Shown: positions 6,954 to 14,852, numbered from the stretch's first letter. The stretch is DNA of 16,847 nucleotides from Candidatus Undinarchaeales archaeon (GCA_030753015.1 JASMDC010000055.1:1-16847), one strand, 5' to 3'. Made by a program: numbers and translations. The notes: generated from the sequence alone by a model not told the origin.

Positions 6954-9613
6954 TGCCCGATATATTCGACCGAGCAGTCCAGGAGCTCGAGAGCACCAGG
7001 AATGATGGACATGACTCCAACGAGCGCGCGCTGCAGCTCGCCAACATCGTGCACCGGCACGCCGAGGCGGAGTTCGGTGTCGACGGGCTCGAGCGCTCTC
7101 TTGACCCGCTGGCGACGTGCCTGCACGGCCGCGCGCACGCGGGAGAAACGTACGCCTGTCTCGTGCTACTCGCCGCCGCGTGCGACATCGCTGCGGACGT
7201 TGTGAACAGTACACGAGATGGTGGAGGGAACGTCCGTCAGCAACACACCCGGCCTCTACTCCAGATCGCGGGCGATCTCCTCTTCAATGATGATAGCACC
7301 CTCATCAACCAGCGGGAGGTCGTGCCCGGCTCCTTGGGCGAGGTCGTCATGGTGCCTGCCCGTGCAGGGACGCTGACACGTCCGCACGATGAAGACCGAG
7401 AGGGCCGATCTCATGACGACCTGCTCGCCTGGTGCGCGGTCCACCTCTGGGCCATCGGGCGAATCCTCGACGAGTGCTCGGGCGACGGCTTGAGCGCTGC
7501 CGGTATCGCGCGATTTGCCACGGTCGTACGGGCGCTGCGCACATTGGACCACGCGCAGTTCATGCACGCCGAGATCGAGGAGTACCCATGGGAAAGGGAT
7601 GCCTATGTGGAAGCTGCGCTCGCAGCTCTATTCAACAAGCGCAGCCGCCTGACGGGTCGGCTCGCCCAGTCCCTGCGCGACCGGCTCGGGCTCGAGCCGC
7701 CGCTGTTCATACGGCCGGGCGCACAGTTCATTCCAGGGAGGTTGTCGGTGGAGGACTGGGACCGGACCACCGTTAGGGAGGCTCTGGAGGTGGCCCGCCA
7801 CCTGGATGCTGGTGAGCTCAACGACGCACTCCGGTCCCTGGCACGGGCCATCCACGCCGGACTTAACGCGGACGACATCGGTCAGGATGAGCGGAGCACG
7901 ACCGCCCGTCGACTGCGGGCGATCTCCTGCGGCATCGCTTGGGGGATGGCGGCCCCGGTGGCGTACGACGACATGAACCGCGCCATGGGTGAGCTGGTCA
8001 GCTTCACGCGGGAGTGCTTCCAGATCAACCTTCCTGAAACGCGCGAACCGGGCCTCCCGCGGGCCGTCCGGGCGCACGTCGAGGCGCATCTGGAGGCGCT
8101 GGCGGTCGCGATCGATCCACCTCACGCCATTACATCCCGGGACGCGCCGCGGGCGTCCATCTGGCGCGGGCAGTCCGATCTGTTCCGTGTACCGCGGGAC
8201 CTGAGCGCCGACCACATCATCTCAAGTGTCCACGACCGGCTCCGTGTGCACAATCCGAGTTCCGACAACGTCGACCGGGTGAGCGACGAGCGTCGGGACG
8301 CCGAGGAGGAGCTCGCGAGGGCCCGGGGTCAGCTGCTCTCCTTGCTGGAGGAGATGGAGGACCAGGCAGACATCATGCTCGAGGACGACGATGCCATCTG
8401 GCCATTGCGCGGGATCGTCATCCCCTTAATCCCGGGCGCCACCGGTGAACTGCAAGGGGAAGGGGTGCCGTTCTTCGAGATGGAGTACCGGCGAGACGGC
8501 ACTCCCCTGAACATAGACATAGATTCCGAAACCGGCCAGCTGATCCGCACCACGGGGACCGCTTCACGCGGGAACATAATCCCGGACATCGCCACCCGCT
8601 ACCTGGAGGCCGCCGAGGAGCACGGGAGGGCCAGGGACGAGGCCGCGCGGCATGGCCTGCGGCGGTCGCGGGAGGAGCGGTTCTCCCGACAGGAGGCGGT
8701 CCCCGGATGGGACCAGGGCAGGTTACGGCGGGCCGTGGTCGTGGTCGCCGGAGTGGGCGGCCTGGGCGCGGCGGTGGTGGACCAGCTGGCACGGATGGGC
8801 GTCGGGACGGTCCGCGTCGTCGACCACGACCGGGTGGAGGACTCCAACATCTCGCGCCAGTGCCTCTACATCGCCGACGACGTCGGGAGCCTCAAGGTGG
8901 ACGCTGCCGCGCGACGGGTGTCGGACCTCGACGGGCCCACCCGCGTGGTCCCGCGACCCGCGTACTTATGCGAACGCAACGCTCTCATGCTGGTGGCCGG
9001 CGCCGACGTGGTGTTCGACTGCCTGGACAGCGAGAAGAGCAAGCACCTGCTCAACCACGCGTGCGCGCGGGCGGGGGTACCGCTGGTCCACGGGGGATGC
9101 ACGGGATTCATCGGGCAGGCGATGGCCGTGGTGCCGGGACGGACGGCGTGCCTGGCGTGCCGGGAGCTTACCTTCTCGGTGGCGGACACGGCCAGCTGCA
9201 CCCGCGACGAGACCCTGCCCATCGTGGCCCCCACGGCCCAGCTGGTGGCGTCCCTGCAGGTGGATCTGGCCCTGCACGTGCTCATGGGGACGGGCGACGT
9301 GCCGTCGGGGCTGCTCCTGTACGATGGCCGCGGGCCGGGCGTGCGGTCCGTGCCGGTGGAGCGCAGGGACGACTGCCCTGTGTGCGGAGGTAACGGGACG
9401 ACGGACGACGATGTGCGGACGGCGCTCTCACTCCAGTCTCAAGATTCCCTGCTCCAGATCGCCGGGGCCGTGGGGATGGAGCACGCCGACGGGATGGACA
9501 CCAGCAACCTCGTCGAAGCGCTCGTCGACGTGTTCTCGGCCCTCCCTGACGGCAGGCACCGTGCGCTACGACTGGCGTCGGGCGTGCAGTTCATCGAGGA
9601 GGCGATGTCGTGA
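6953..9613 (+). CDS. Ubl-activating enzyme E1 (ThiF/MoeB/UBA domain) fused to a ~575-aa N-terminal helical domain, 886 aa
   Basis: TGATG coupling. RFSRQ (8678), GVGGLG (8750), VVDHDRVEDSNISRQ, DVGSLK, DCLDS, Zn pairs CLAC and CPVC, and a crossover-loop Cys in ASCTRD (9197). Confidence 0.9.
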   Translation: MPDIFDRAVQELESTRNDGHDSNERALQLANIVHRHAEAEFGVDGLERSLDPLATCLHGRAHAGETYACLVLLAAACDIAADVVNSTRDGGGNVRQQHTRPLLQIAGDLLFNDDSTLINQREVVPGSLGEVVMVPARAGTLTRPHDEDREGRSHDDLLAWCAVHLWAIGRILDECSGDGLSAAGIARFATVVRALRTLDHAQFMHAEIEEYPWERDAYVEAALAALFNKRSRLTGRLAQSLRDRLGLEPPLFIRPGAQFIPGRLSVEDWDRTTVREALEVARHLDAGELNDALRSLARAIHAGLNADDIGQDERSTTARRLRAISCGIAWGMAAPVAYDDMNRAMGELVSFTRECFQINLPETREPGLPRAVRAHVEAHLEALAVAIDPPHAITSRDAPRASIWRGQSDLFRVPRDLSADHIISSVHDRLRVHNPSSDNVDRVSDERRDAEEELARARGQLLSLLEEMEDQADIMLEDDDAIWPLRGIVIPLIPGATGELQGEGVPFFEMEYRRDGTPLNIDIDSETGQLIRTTGTASRGNIIPDIATRYLEAAEEHGRARDEAARHGLRRSREERFSRQEAVPGWDQGRLRRAVVVVAGVGGLGAAVVDQLARMGVGTVRVVDHDRVEDSNISRQCLYIADDVGSLKVDAAARRVSDLDGPTRVVPRPAYLCERNALMLVAGADVVFDCLDSEKSKHLLNHACARAGVPLVHGGCTGFIGQAMAVVPGRTACLACRELTFSVADTASCTRDETLPIVAPTAQLVASLQVDLALHVLMGTGDVPSGLLLYDGRGPGVRSVPVERRDDCPVCGGNGTTDDDVRTALSLQSQDSLLQIAGAVGMEHADGMDTSNLVEALVDVFSALPDGRHRALRLASGVQFIEEAMS

Positions 9614-10479
9614 GCACCGGATTCCCTGGAGCAGCGCCCCGTGTGTACGGGCGACGAATGGGTCGGGGGCCGACGGTCGAGGTCTACGAGGAGGGATTCG
9701 TCGTCGAGCGCTGCCCGACTTGTGGCAGGCACCTCAAGGATATGACCGACTGGCCGAATGTAAGGGTTACCGGGATCGAGGACGCGGTGGACGACGTGCG
9801 CCGCGAGTCCCTTTCGCGGCTGGTGCGGCGCGGGCCCTTCCTGCTCCAGTGGGGGACCGTGCCGGGATGCGCGAGCGGAGCGATGCAGCGGTGCCTGGTC
9901 GACGAGCTGGGCCTGAACTGGGCGGCCGGGGCCGAGGTGCACCCGGTCGGCGACAGGTCGGTCCTCGTCATTAGAGGTCGGCGGTGGTGCATGGTCACCC
10001 TCGATCAGGACGAGCTCGTCGCGCACCTCGAGGTGGATGATGGGAGGAGGCTCGAGCTGGGCGTCGCTCGACTCGGCGACCGTGTCGACCTCCATATCCC
10101 TCTCGACGACGACGATGTCGATGATAGGACCGCTCCTTACCTCTGGGCCCGGAACCCCGCTGCGGTGCACTCCGCGAGGGCTGCTGTAGCCCATCTCAAG
10201 GGATTCGTCGGCACGGACGCGGATCCGGACCGGATAGCTGAGCTGTGGCGCGCCGAGGGATTCAGCGGACCATGGGCCCGTTACCACGAGTTCAGGGGTG
10301 TCCGGATCGTGCAGGTCGGCGGTTACGCGCTCTACCTCGACGACAACGTCCTTACGCTTGTCGACGCGGACAGGATCGGCGGTGGGCTCGACGGTCCTCC
10401 GCCGGTGACGTTCCGTCTGGCGCGGGTGCTGTACGAGGGGATGCTGCACGAAGAGCGGAGCGGTGGCGGCAGTGGCTGA
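9610..10479 (+). CDS. Hypothetical protein with CxxC knuckle and central beta-rich domain, 289 aa
   Basis: GTGA overlap with the E1 stop and GGAGG RBS. ERCPTCGRH. Coding-like codon bias. Only 2 Lys. Confidence 0.7.
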   Translation: MSTGFPGAAPRVYGRRMGRGPTVEVYEEGFVVERCPTCGRHLKDMTDWPNVRVTGIEDAVDDVRRESLSRLVRRGPFLLQWGTVPGCASGAMQRCLVDELGLNWAAGAEVHPVGDRSVLVIRGRRWCMVTLDQDELVAHLEVDDGRRLELGVARLGDRVDLHIPLDDDDVDDRTAPYLWARNPAAVHSARAAVAHLKGFVGTDADPDRIAELWRAEGFSGPWARYHEFRGVRIVQVGGYALYLDDNVLTLVDADRIGGGLDGPPPVTFRLARVLYEGMLHEERSGGGSG

Positions 10480-12286
10480 GGACGGAACGATCCTTCTCGC
10501 GTGCGAACGCGCGCACCACCAGGCCGTCGCCGGGAAGAGGGATGACATGATGGAGTGCCTCCGGTTCGCCGGTGATAGTATCTCTAACATCATGCGCACC
10601 CGGTCTTTCTCGCGACGACCGCGTGCCCGTTCCATGGATTCATTGCAGTTGGACGAGCGAATTGCGTCCTTGTCAGCCCACCTCATCACTGGTGGCACAG
10701 GTCCCGCCCCGGGCCCACGAGTGATCGCAGTACCCCTTGACACGGGGCGGACGTGCCCTGACCTCAGGGACGGACCATTAGACACACAACTACATCTGTG
10801 CTGCCCCCCGCGCACGTTGTGCGCGGCGGAATTATGGACGCTCTCCCGCGTCTTTCACTTGGCCATCTGCGGCGCAGGTGACGTGCATGAGCGCATAGTC
10901 ATGTCCGACCTCGTACGCATAGGGAGAGCGCTCACAAGCCTGACCGATCCCCTGTTCCCTTTTGGGGGGGTCGCCTCCGGGTTGGGAGACGACCTCTTTA
11001 TGTACCCTCTTGATATGCTCTCCTTTAACCGGACTTCATCGGATGACGGTGCGGATGCAAGGCACGCAGTCGTTCGGGAAAGGCTCGACGATGTCGCGCA
11101 GGTCGAGCGCCACCATATCGTCGACGTTGCCCTGGACGCGGCCCTCGGCCTCCAGTGCGGCAGGACCGAGGACATGGCGCGCGGCCTCACCTCCCTAGAG
11201 GAAATGTGCCGGATAACCGCGTCGGTCCTGGAGGGCGGGACGGAAGAACCCGGTGAGAGGGACGTCACGCTCCTCCGGTTCATATCAGCCACCCTTGCAC
11301 TGGAGGACGTCATCGCGGCGACTGAGACGGATATCTTCTTCGATACCATGGAGCTCGGAAGGTCCGTGCTCACGTCAAGTTATATCGGGGCGTACTACGG
11401 CGGGATGCCGGACCCCGTACAGTTCAGGCTGGCGTGCGAGCACCATATCGAGGCATGCGCGAGCGCGCTCGACACCAGAGCGGACCTATCGGGGGCAGTC
11501 TGGCAGGGCGTGGGTCAGTGGTATCAGCTCGGTCCCGACGAGGGGGTGGTCCTTCCGCTCCTGAACGCCCGGGAGCGACTCATGCGGTACAGGTCAGACT
11601 TCAGACCCCCGGAGGACGCTGTGGATCACGAGGTCACGTCAGCGTCCAGAGCCCTGTCGCGGCAGCGCGACCAGCTCCTTGACGTGCTGGACGCACGGAT
11701 CGCTGCTCTGACGGAGGGCGCTATGAGAACTGCAGGGCGTCGGTACGTATCGCTCTCGTATCCCGAAGGAATAGTCGCCGCCGCAGAGGGCGCAACGGTC
11801 GGGCCCGACGTACCGGGCGACCAGGTCTGCGCGACCGTTCGGAGCGGGGAACACCCTGAATGGGATGTGACCCGGTGGACGCTGGTACAGGCCCAGCACT
11901 TCATCAAGAAGCACGGGTATCTCATCGATCGCCTGGGTACCAGCCAAACGGGCGAGCCGGTGCTTGTCGTGGACTCGCACGTAGTGGCGCTGGGTCAGGA
12001 CAACCTGGATCGAGACCGCTACCGCCCCCTCTACGAGTGCTACTCATGCCGGGAGTTTCGTGAGCAGAACGGGACCCGACCCCGGCTCTGCAAGCACCTA
12101 ACGGCGGCGCTCATCATCATGGGCCGACTGGGTGAGCGCGAGGGTGTCGACCTCAGCCTGCTCGACCGGGCCCTCGCATTGATAAGGGAGGAGGTCGGGA
12201 TGACGGGCATCCGCGGGCGGTACCGCAGCAGCGCGTGCGCGGGCGACGGGGTATGGGAGTGTCGGGCGCCAAGGGAGGGGGTATGA
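10463..12286 (+). CDS. Paralog of 4290-6953: helical domain, SWIM-like zinc finger and WEC tail, ~607 aa (start may be GTG 10472)
   Basis: YECYSCREFREQNGTRPRLCKH (12038-12097). LGTSQTGEPV motif. Shared helical-domain motifs. Ends GVWECRAPREGV. Confidence 0.78.
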   Translation: MAAVAEDGTILLACERAHHQAVAGKRDDMMECLRFAGDSISNIMRTRSFSRRPRARSMDSLQLDERIASLSAHLITGGTGPAPGPRVIAVPLDTGRTCPDLRDGPLDTQLHLCCPPRTLCAAELWTLSRVFHLAICGAGDVHERIVMSDLVRIGRALTSLTDPLFPFGGVASGLGDDLFMYPLDMLSFNRTSSDDGADARHAVVRERLDDVAQVERHHIVDVALDAALGLQCGRTEDMARGLTSLEEMCRITASVLEGGTEEPGERDVTLLRFISATLALEDVIAATETDIFFDTMELGRSVLTSSYIGAYYGGMPDPVQFRLACEHHIEACASALDTRADLSGAVWQGVGQWYQLGPDEGVVLPLLNARERLMRYRSDFRPPEDAVDHEVTSASRALSRQRDQLLDVLDARIAALTEGAMRTAGRRYVSLSYPEGIVAAAEGATVGPDVPGDQVCATVRSGEHPEWDVTRWTLVQAQHFIKKHGYLIDRLGTSQTGEPVLVVDSHVVALGQDNLDRDRYRPLYECYSCREFREQNGTRPRLCKHLTAALIIMGRLGEREGVDLSLLDRALALIREEVGMTGIRGRYRSSACAGDGVWECRAPREGV

Positions 12287-13032
12287 TGCCTGGCGGGAGC
12301 GGGGAGGGCGCCAGCTCCTGGAGCGACCGGCAGAGGGAGCTCGCCGAGTACGCCGGTATAATCCTGATGGAGGAGGGTGAGACCTTCGAGCAGGCGGAGA
12401 GGCGCCAGGAGAGGGAGATGCGTGAGCGCGGGGCCAGGCGCACAGGAGTTACCGGCGAGCAGACCGGCCAGGCTCCTGGGCAGCGACCGCGCGAGGTGTC
12501 CGGGGCGTCTTCGGACAGCGCGTCCCGGGGCGGGGCGCCGGCGGCGGACCTCGAGGGCGCGAGGACCGGCGGGCGGGACCGACCGGCGTGGACCACGTGG
12601 CGGGATCCGGGAGGCGTCGAGTGGCGGATCACGCTGGACAAGCTCAACAGGGCCGCCAACATCCTCCTGACCGAGTTCGACCTCAGGCGCATGGGCACCA
12701 GCGCGGTCGGAGAGATCGTGCTCGAGATCGCGTCCCGCGTCGTCACGGTGAACCTGGAGCGCCGCTACTGCGTGTGCTCATGCGAGGACTACCGCTCAAG
12801 CAGCGAGGGGGACCACCACCTGTGCGAGCACGTAGTGGCCGCGCTCTTCATCATGGGGGAGCTGGGGGAGCGCGAGGGCATCGATCTCGGCCTCTTCTCC
12901 CCGCTCGTCCCCGCGATCAGGAACTGGCTCCTTTTCGATGGGAACCCTGATACCCTTGCGGAGGACGGGAAAGGGCGGAGCGAGGGTTGGGAATGTCGGC
13001 CACCGGGGGATGGGAGGGAGTGCGACGGGTGA
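12283..13032 (+). CDS. SWIM zinc-finger protein with low-complexity N-terminus and WEC tail, 249 aa
   Basis: ATGA overlap and GGAGGGGG RBS. MGTSAVGEIV...YCVCSCEDYRSSSEGDHHLCEHVVAAL. Ends EGWECRPPGDGRECDG. Confidence 0.78.
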   Translation: MMPGGSGEGASSWSDRQRELAEYAGIILMEEGETFEQAERRQEREMRERGARRTGVTGEQTGQAPGQRPREVSGASSDSASRGGAPAADLEGARTGGRDRPAWTTWRDPGGVEWRITLDKLNRAANILLTEFDLRRMGTSAVGEIVLEIASRVVTVNLERRYCVCSCEDYRSSSEGDHHLCEHVVAALFIMGELGEREGIDLGLFSPLVPAIRNWLLFDGNPDTLAEDGKGRSEGWECRPPGDGRECDG

Positions 13033-13130
13033 GGGTGACAGCGGGGCCGACAAGCTGGTGGACCCATGGCGGTCGCTGGCATGCTCGTGCTGCGGCACGG
13101 GTGATGATGAAGGAGGTGTTCCGATCATGA
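13029..13130 (+). CDS. Possible 33-aa coupling peptide
   Basis: GTGA overlap with the upstream stop and ATGA overlap with the downstream start. MRVTAGPTSWWTHGGRWHARAAARVMMKEVFRS. Confidence 0.35.
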   Translation: MRVTAGPTSWWTHGGRWHARAAARVMMKEVFRS

Positions 13131-13351
13131 CGATGTACACGGTGAAACGGATGAAGGGAGGATGGTCTGTCCACGACCACGTCGAGGACGAGGACTTCGA
13201 GATACCGGACGGCGCGGTCATCACCTACGAGGTGCGGACGCGGCTCACCGGTCCGGAAGAGATGATGGAGGTCGTCGGATCCAAGACTGGCAAGCTGGCA
13301 CTGGTGGCGGCGGTGTGCATGATGCCGTGCCCGGAGGAGGTGGCGGGATGA
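13127..13351 (+). CDS. Small beta-rich hypothetical protein, 74 aa
   Basis: Strong SD AGGAGGTG before ATG 13127. MTMYTVKRMKGGWSVHDHVEDEDFEIPDG...CMMPCPEEVAG. Confidence 0.65.
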   Translation: MTMYTVKRMKGGWSVHDHVEDEDFEIPDGAVITYEVRTRLTGPEEMMEVVGSKTGKLALVAAVCMMPCPEEVAG

Positions 13352-13476
13352 CGCTGTGCAGGATGCGCCAGGCCGGGATCGAGCCCGTCTCGTATCATGT
13401 CGGCCCGGTCCTGCTCGTCTACCATTTCATGCTGAAGCGAGCGCTGAGGGAGATGAGACGTGTGAAGGGGAGGTGA
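13348..13476 (+). CDS. Small hypothetical protein, 42 aa
   Basis: SD GGAGGAGGTGG and ATGA overlap. MTLCRMRQAGIEPVSYHVGPVLLVYHFMLKRALREMRRVKGR. Confidence 0.5.
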   Translation: MTLCRMRQAGIEPVSYHVGPVLLVYHFMLKRALREMRRVKGR

Positions 13477-13491
13477 TGGAGGAGAGATCGT

Positions 13492-13689
13492 GTGCTGAAC
13501 GCCTTCGTCAGGCTGGTGGTGGATATACTCCCGCTACCGCTCGGCCTGACGGCGGGGGTGCCGGGCATCTCGTCCGGCACGAGCCTCGAGGGTAAAGCGC
13601 ACCCGGCGGGCGGAGGGCTCGCGCGGGGCGGGGAGAGAGGCGGTGAGCCGTCCATGGCGGAAAGACGGAAAAAGGTGACACCCATATGA
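13492..13689 (+). CDS. Possible small hypothetical protein, 65 aa (alternative: 13476-13595, 39 aa)
   Basis: GGAGGAG RBS before GTG, and its stop overlaps the nuclease ATG. The reading frame is ambiguous and the sequence is low-complexity. Confidence 0.3.
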   Translation: MLNAFVRLVVDILPLPLGLTAGVPGISSGTSLEGKAHPAGGGLARGGERGGEPSMAERRKKVTPI

Positions 13690-14597
13690 CACCGACAGAA
13701 CAAGGGGAAAGATCCATGCCCGAACTCGAGGACTGGTTCCATAGGTACAACAAGTGGTCGTTCAGCAAGCACAGGCTCTGGAACGAGTGCAGGCGACAGT
13801 ACTGGTACCGGTACATCGGCACGGCACTGCGGACCTCTGATGAGGTGGACGTTGCGCGACTGAAGGCCTTGCGCGGGCTGACACCCCGCGCCGCCCTCGA
13901 GGGTATGCTGGTCCACGATGCGATCGAGAAGCAGATGGACCGCTTCGCCAGAGGGATGACCGTCAATGAGGAGCTGGCGGCCAAGCACCTCGTCAGCGAG
14001 ATGGCCAAGTTCACGGGAACACCCCGGGATAAGATCATCGAGTTCCACAACGGCGTCGAGCAGCCCGAGAACTACTTCGAGCGGGTGCAAGACGGGGGCA
14101 TCGGGAAGCTCGGGACGTTCTTCGCCAAGATATGGCCACGCATCGAGGGCTCGGAGCACCTGAGGCACGAGAAGTTCGACGAGGTCACGGTGGGCGACGT
14201 GGTCGCGACCGTGAAGGTCGATCTCGCATGCCGGATGGCCGACGACACGATCGTCGTCTACGACTGGAAGACAGGGCGCGAGGATCCCGCGTACGAGAGC
14301 GAACTCCAGCTCGGCGCCTACGTGCTGTGGGCGAGCCGGTATTACAGCGCAGCACCGGAGAAGGTGCGGAGCGAGCTTGTGTACCTGGCGACCGGGAACG
14401 TACGCAGGCACGAGTTCTCCGCCGAGCAGCTCGACAGGGTAGGGCTGCTGATCGTGTCGGACTTCAAGAGGAGGAACAGCTCGTACGAGATGGGCGCGTT
14501 CTCCCCCGACCCCGGTCCGTGGAAGTGCCAGGGGTGCCGGTTCGCGACTGTGTGCCCCCACTCGCTGCACGGGGAGGCGCCGGGAGGAGGTCCCTGA
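13686..14597 (+). CDS. PD-(D/E)XK nuclease, RecB/AddB/Cas4-like, with 4-Cys Fe-S staple, 303 aa
   Basis: WSFSKHRLWNECRRQYWY, GMLVHDAIE, KVDL...YDWKTG, QLGAY, and C-terminal CQGCRFATVCP. SD AGGTGA. Confidence 0.88.
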   Translation: MTPTEQGERSMPELEDWFHRYNKWSFSKHRLWNECRRQYWYRYIGTALRTSDEVDVARLKALRGLTPRAALEGMLVHDAIEKQMDRFARGMTVNEELAAKHLVSEMAKFTGTPRDKIIEFHNGVEQPENYFERVQDGGIGKLGTFFAKIWPRIEGSEHLRHEKFDEVTVGDVVATVKVDLACRMADDTIVVYDWKTGREDPAYESELQLGAYVLWASRYYSAAPEKVRSELVYLATGNVRRHEFSAEQLDRVGLLIVSDFKRRNSSYEMGAFSPDPGPWKCQGCRFATVCPHSLHGEAPGGGP

Positions 14598-14654
14598 TCC
14601 ACCTGCTGTCACGAATTAAAAGACTAGATGCATGGATCGATCCGAGGGAAGGAC

Positions 14655-14852
14655 ATGCGCACCAGGATCACCACCATAGGCCAGAGCGAGAACGCCATCA
14701 CCCGCCCCCCGTGGGCGACGTGCAAGCTCGACGGCTTCGTACCGGACCGAGCGGTGCTCATGGATCCTGGCAGCAGGGGCGTGGACCGGGATGCCCTTAA
14801 GGCCTCGGTAGCGCCCTCGTGCACGTGCGGAAGGATCCCAGCGCCAACGTGA
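14655..14852 (+). pseudogene. Short ORF or possible truncated CARF-like gene fragment, 65 aa
   Basis: GAGGGAAGG RBS. MRTRITTIGQSENAITRPPWA...FVPDRAVLM loosely resembles CARF motif I (iTTvGtSp.av...lwa...PD.v.Ll), then loses coding character. Confidence 0.3.

Noticed and set aside
6953-9613. Housekeeping MoeB/ThiF sulfur-transfer role
   Set aside because: No MoaE, ThiG or rhodanese partner in the window. The presence of a true E2, a JAMM and a masked Ubl indicates protein conjugation.
2883-9613. Type II CBASS (Cap2/Cap3) assignment
   Set aside because: No CD-NTase in the window, E1 and E2 are separate genes, and a dedicated Ubl is present.
8652-10815. Long alternative ORFs 8652-9974 (+), 8707-9393 (+) and 9439-10815 (-)
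   Set aside because: Arg/Gly/Pro-rich off-frame products expected in very GC-rich DNA, overlapping the E1 and the next genes.
9610-13351. RING-finger E3 among the Cys-containing ORFs
   Set aside because: None has the eight-ligand C3HC4/C3H2C3 spacing. The patterns fit SWIM or isolated CxxC motifs.
415-14597. CRISPR-Cas locus (Csa3-like and Cas4-like genes)
   Set aside because: No repeat-spacer array and no cas1, cas2, cas3, cas7 or cas10 visible in the window.
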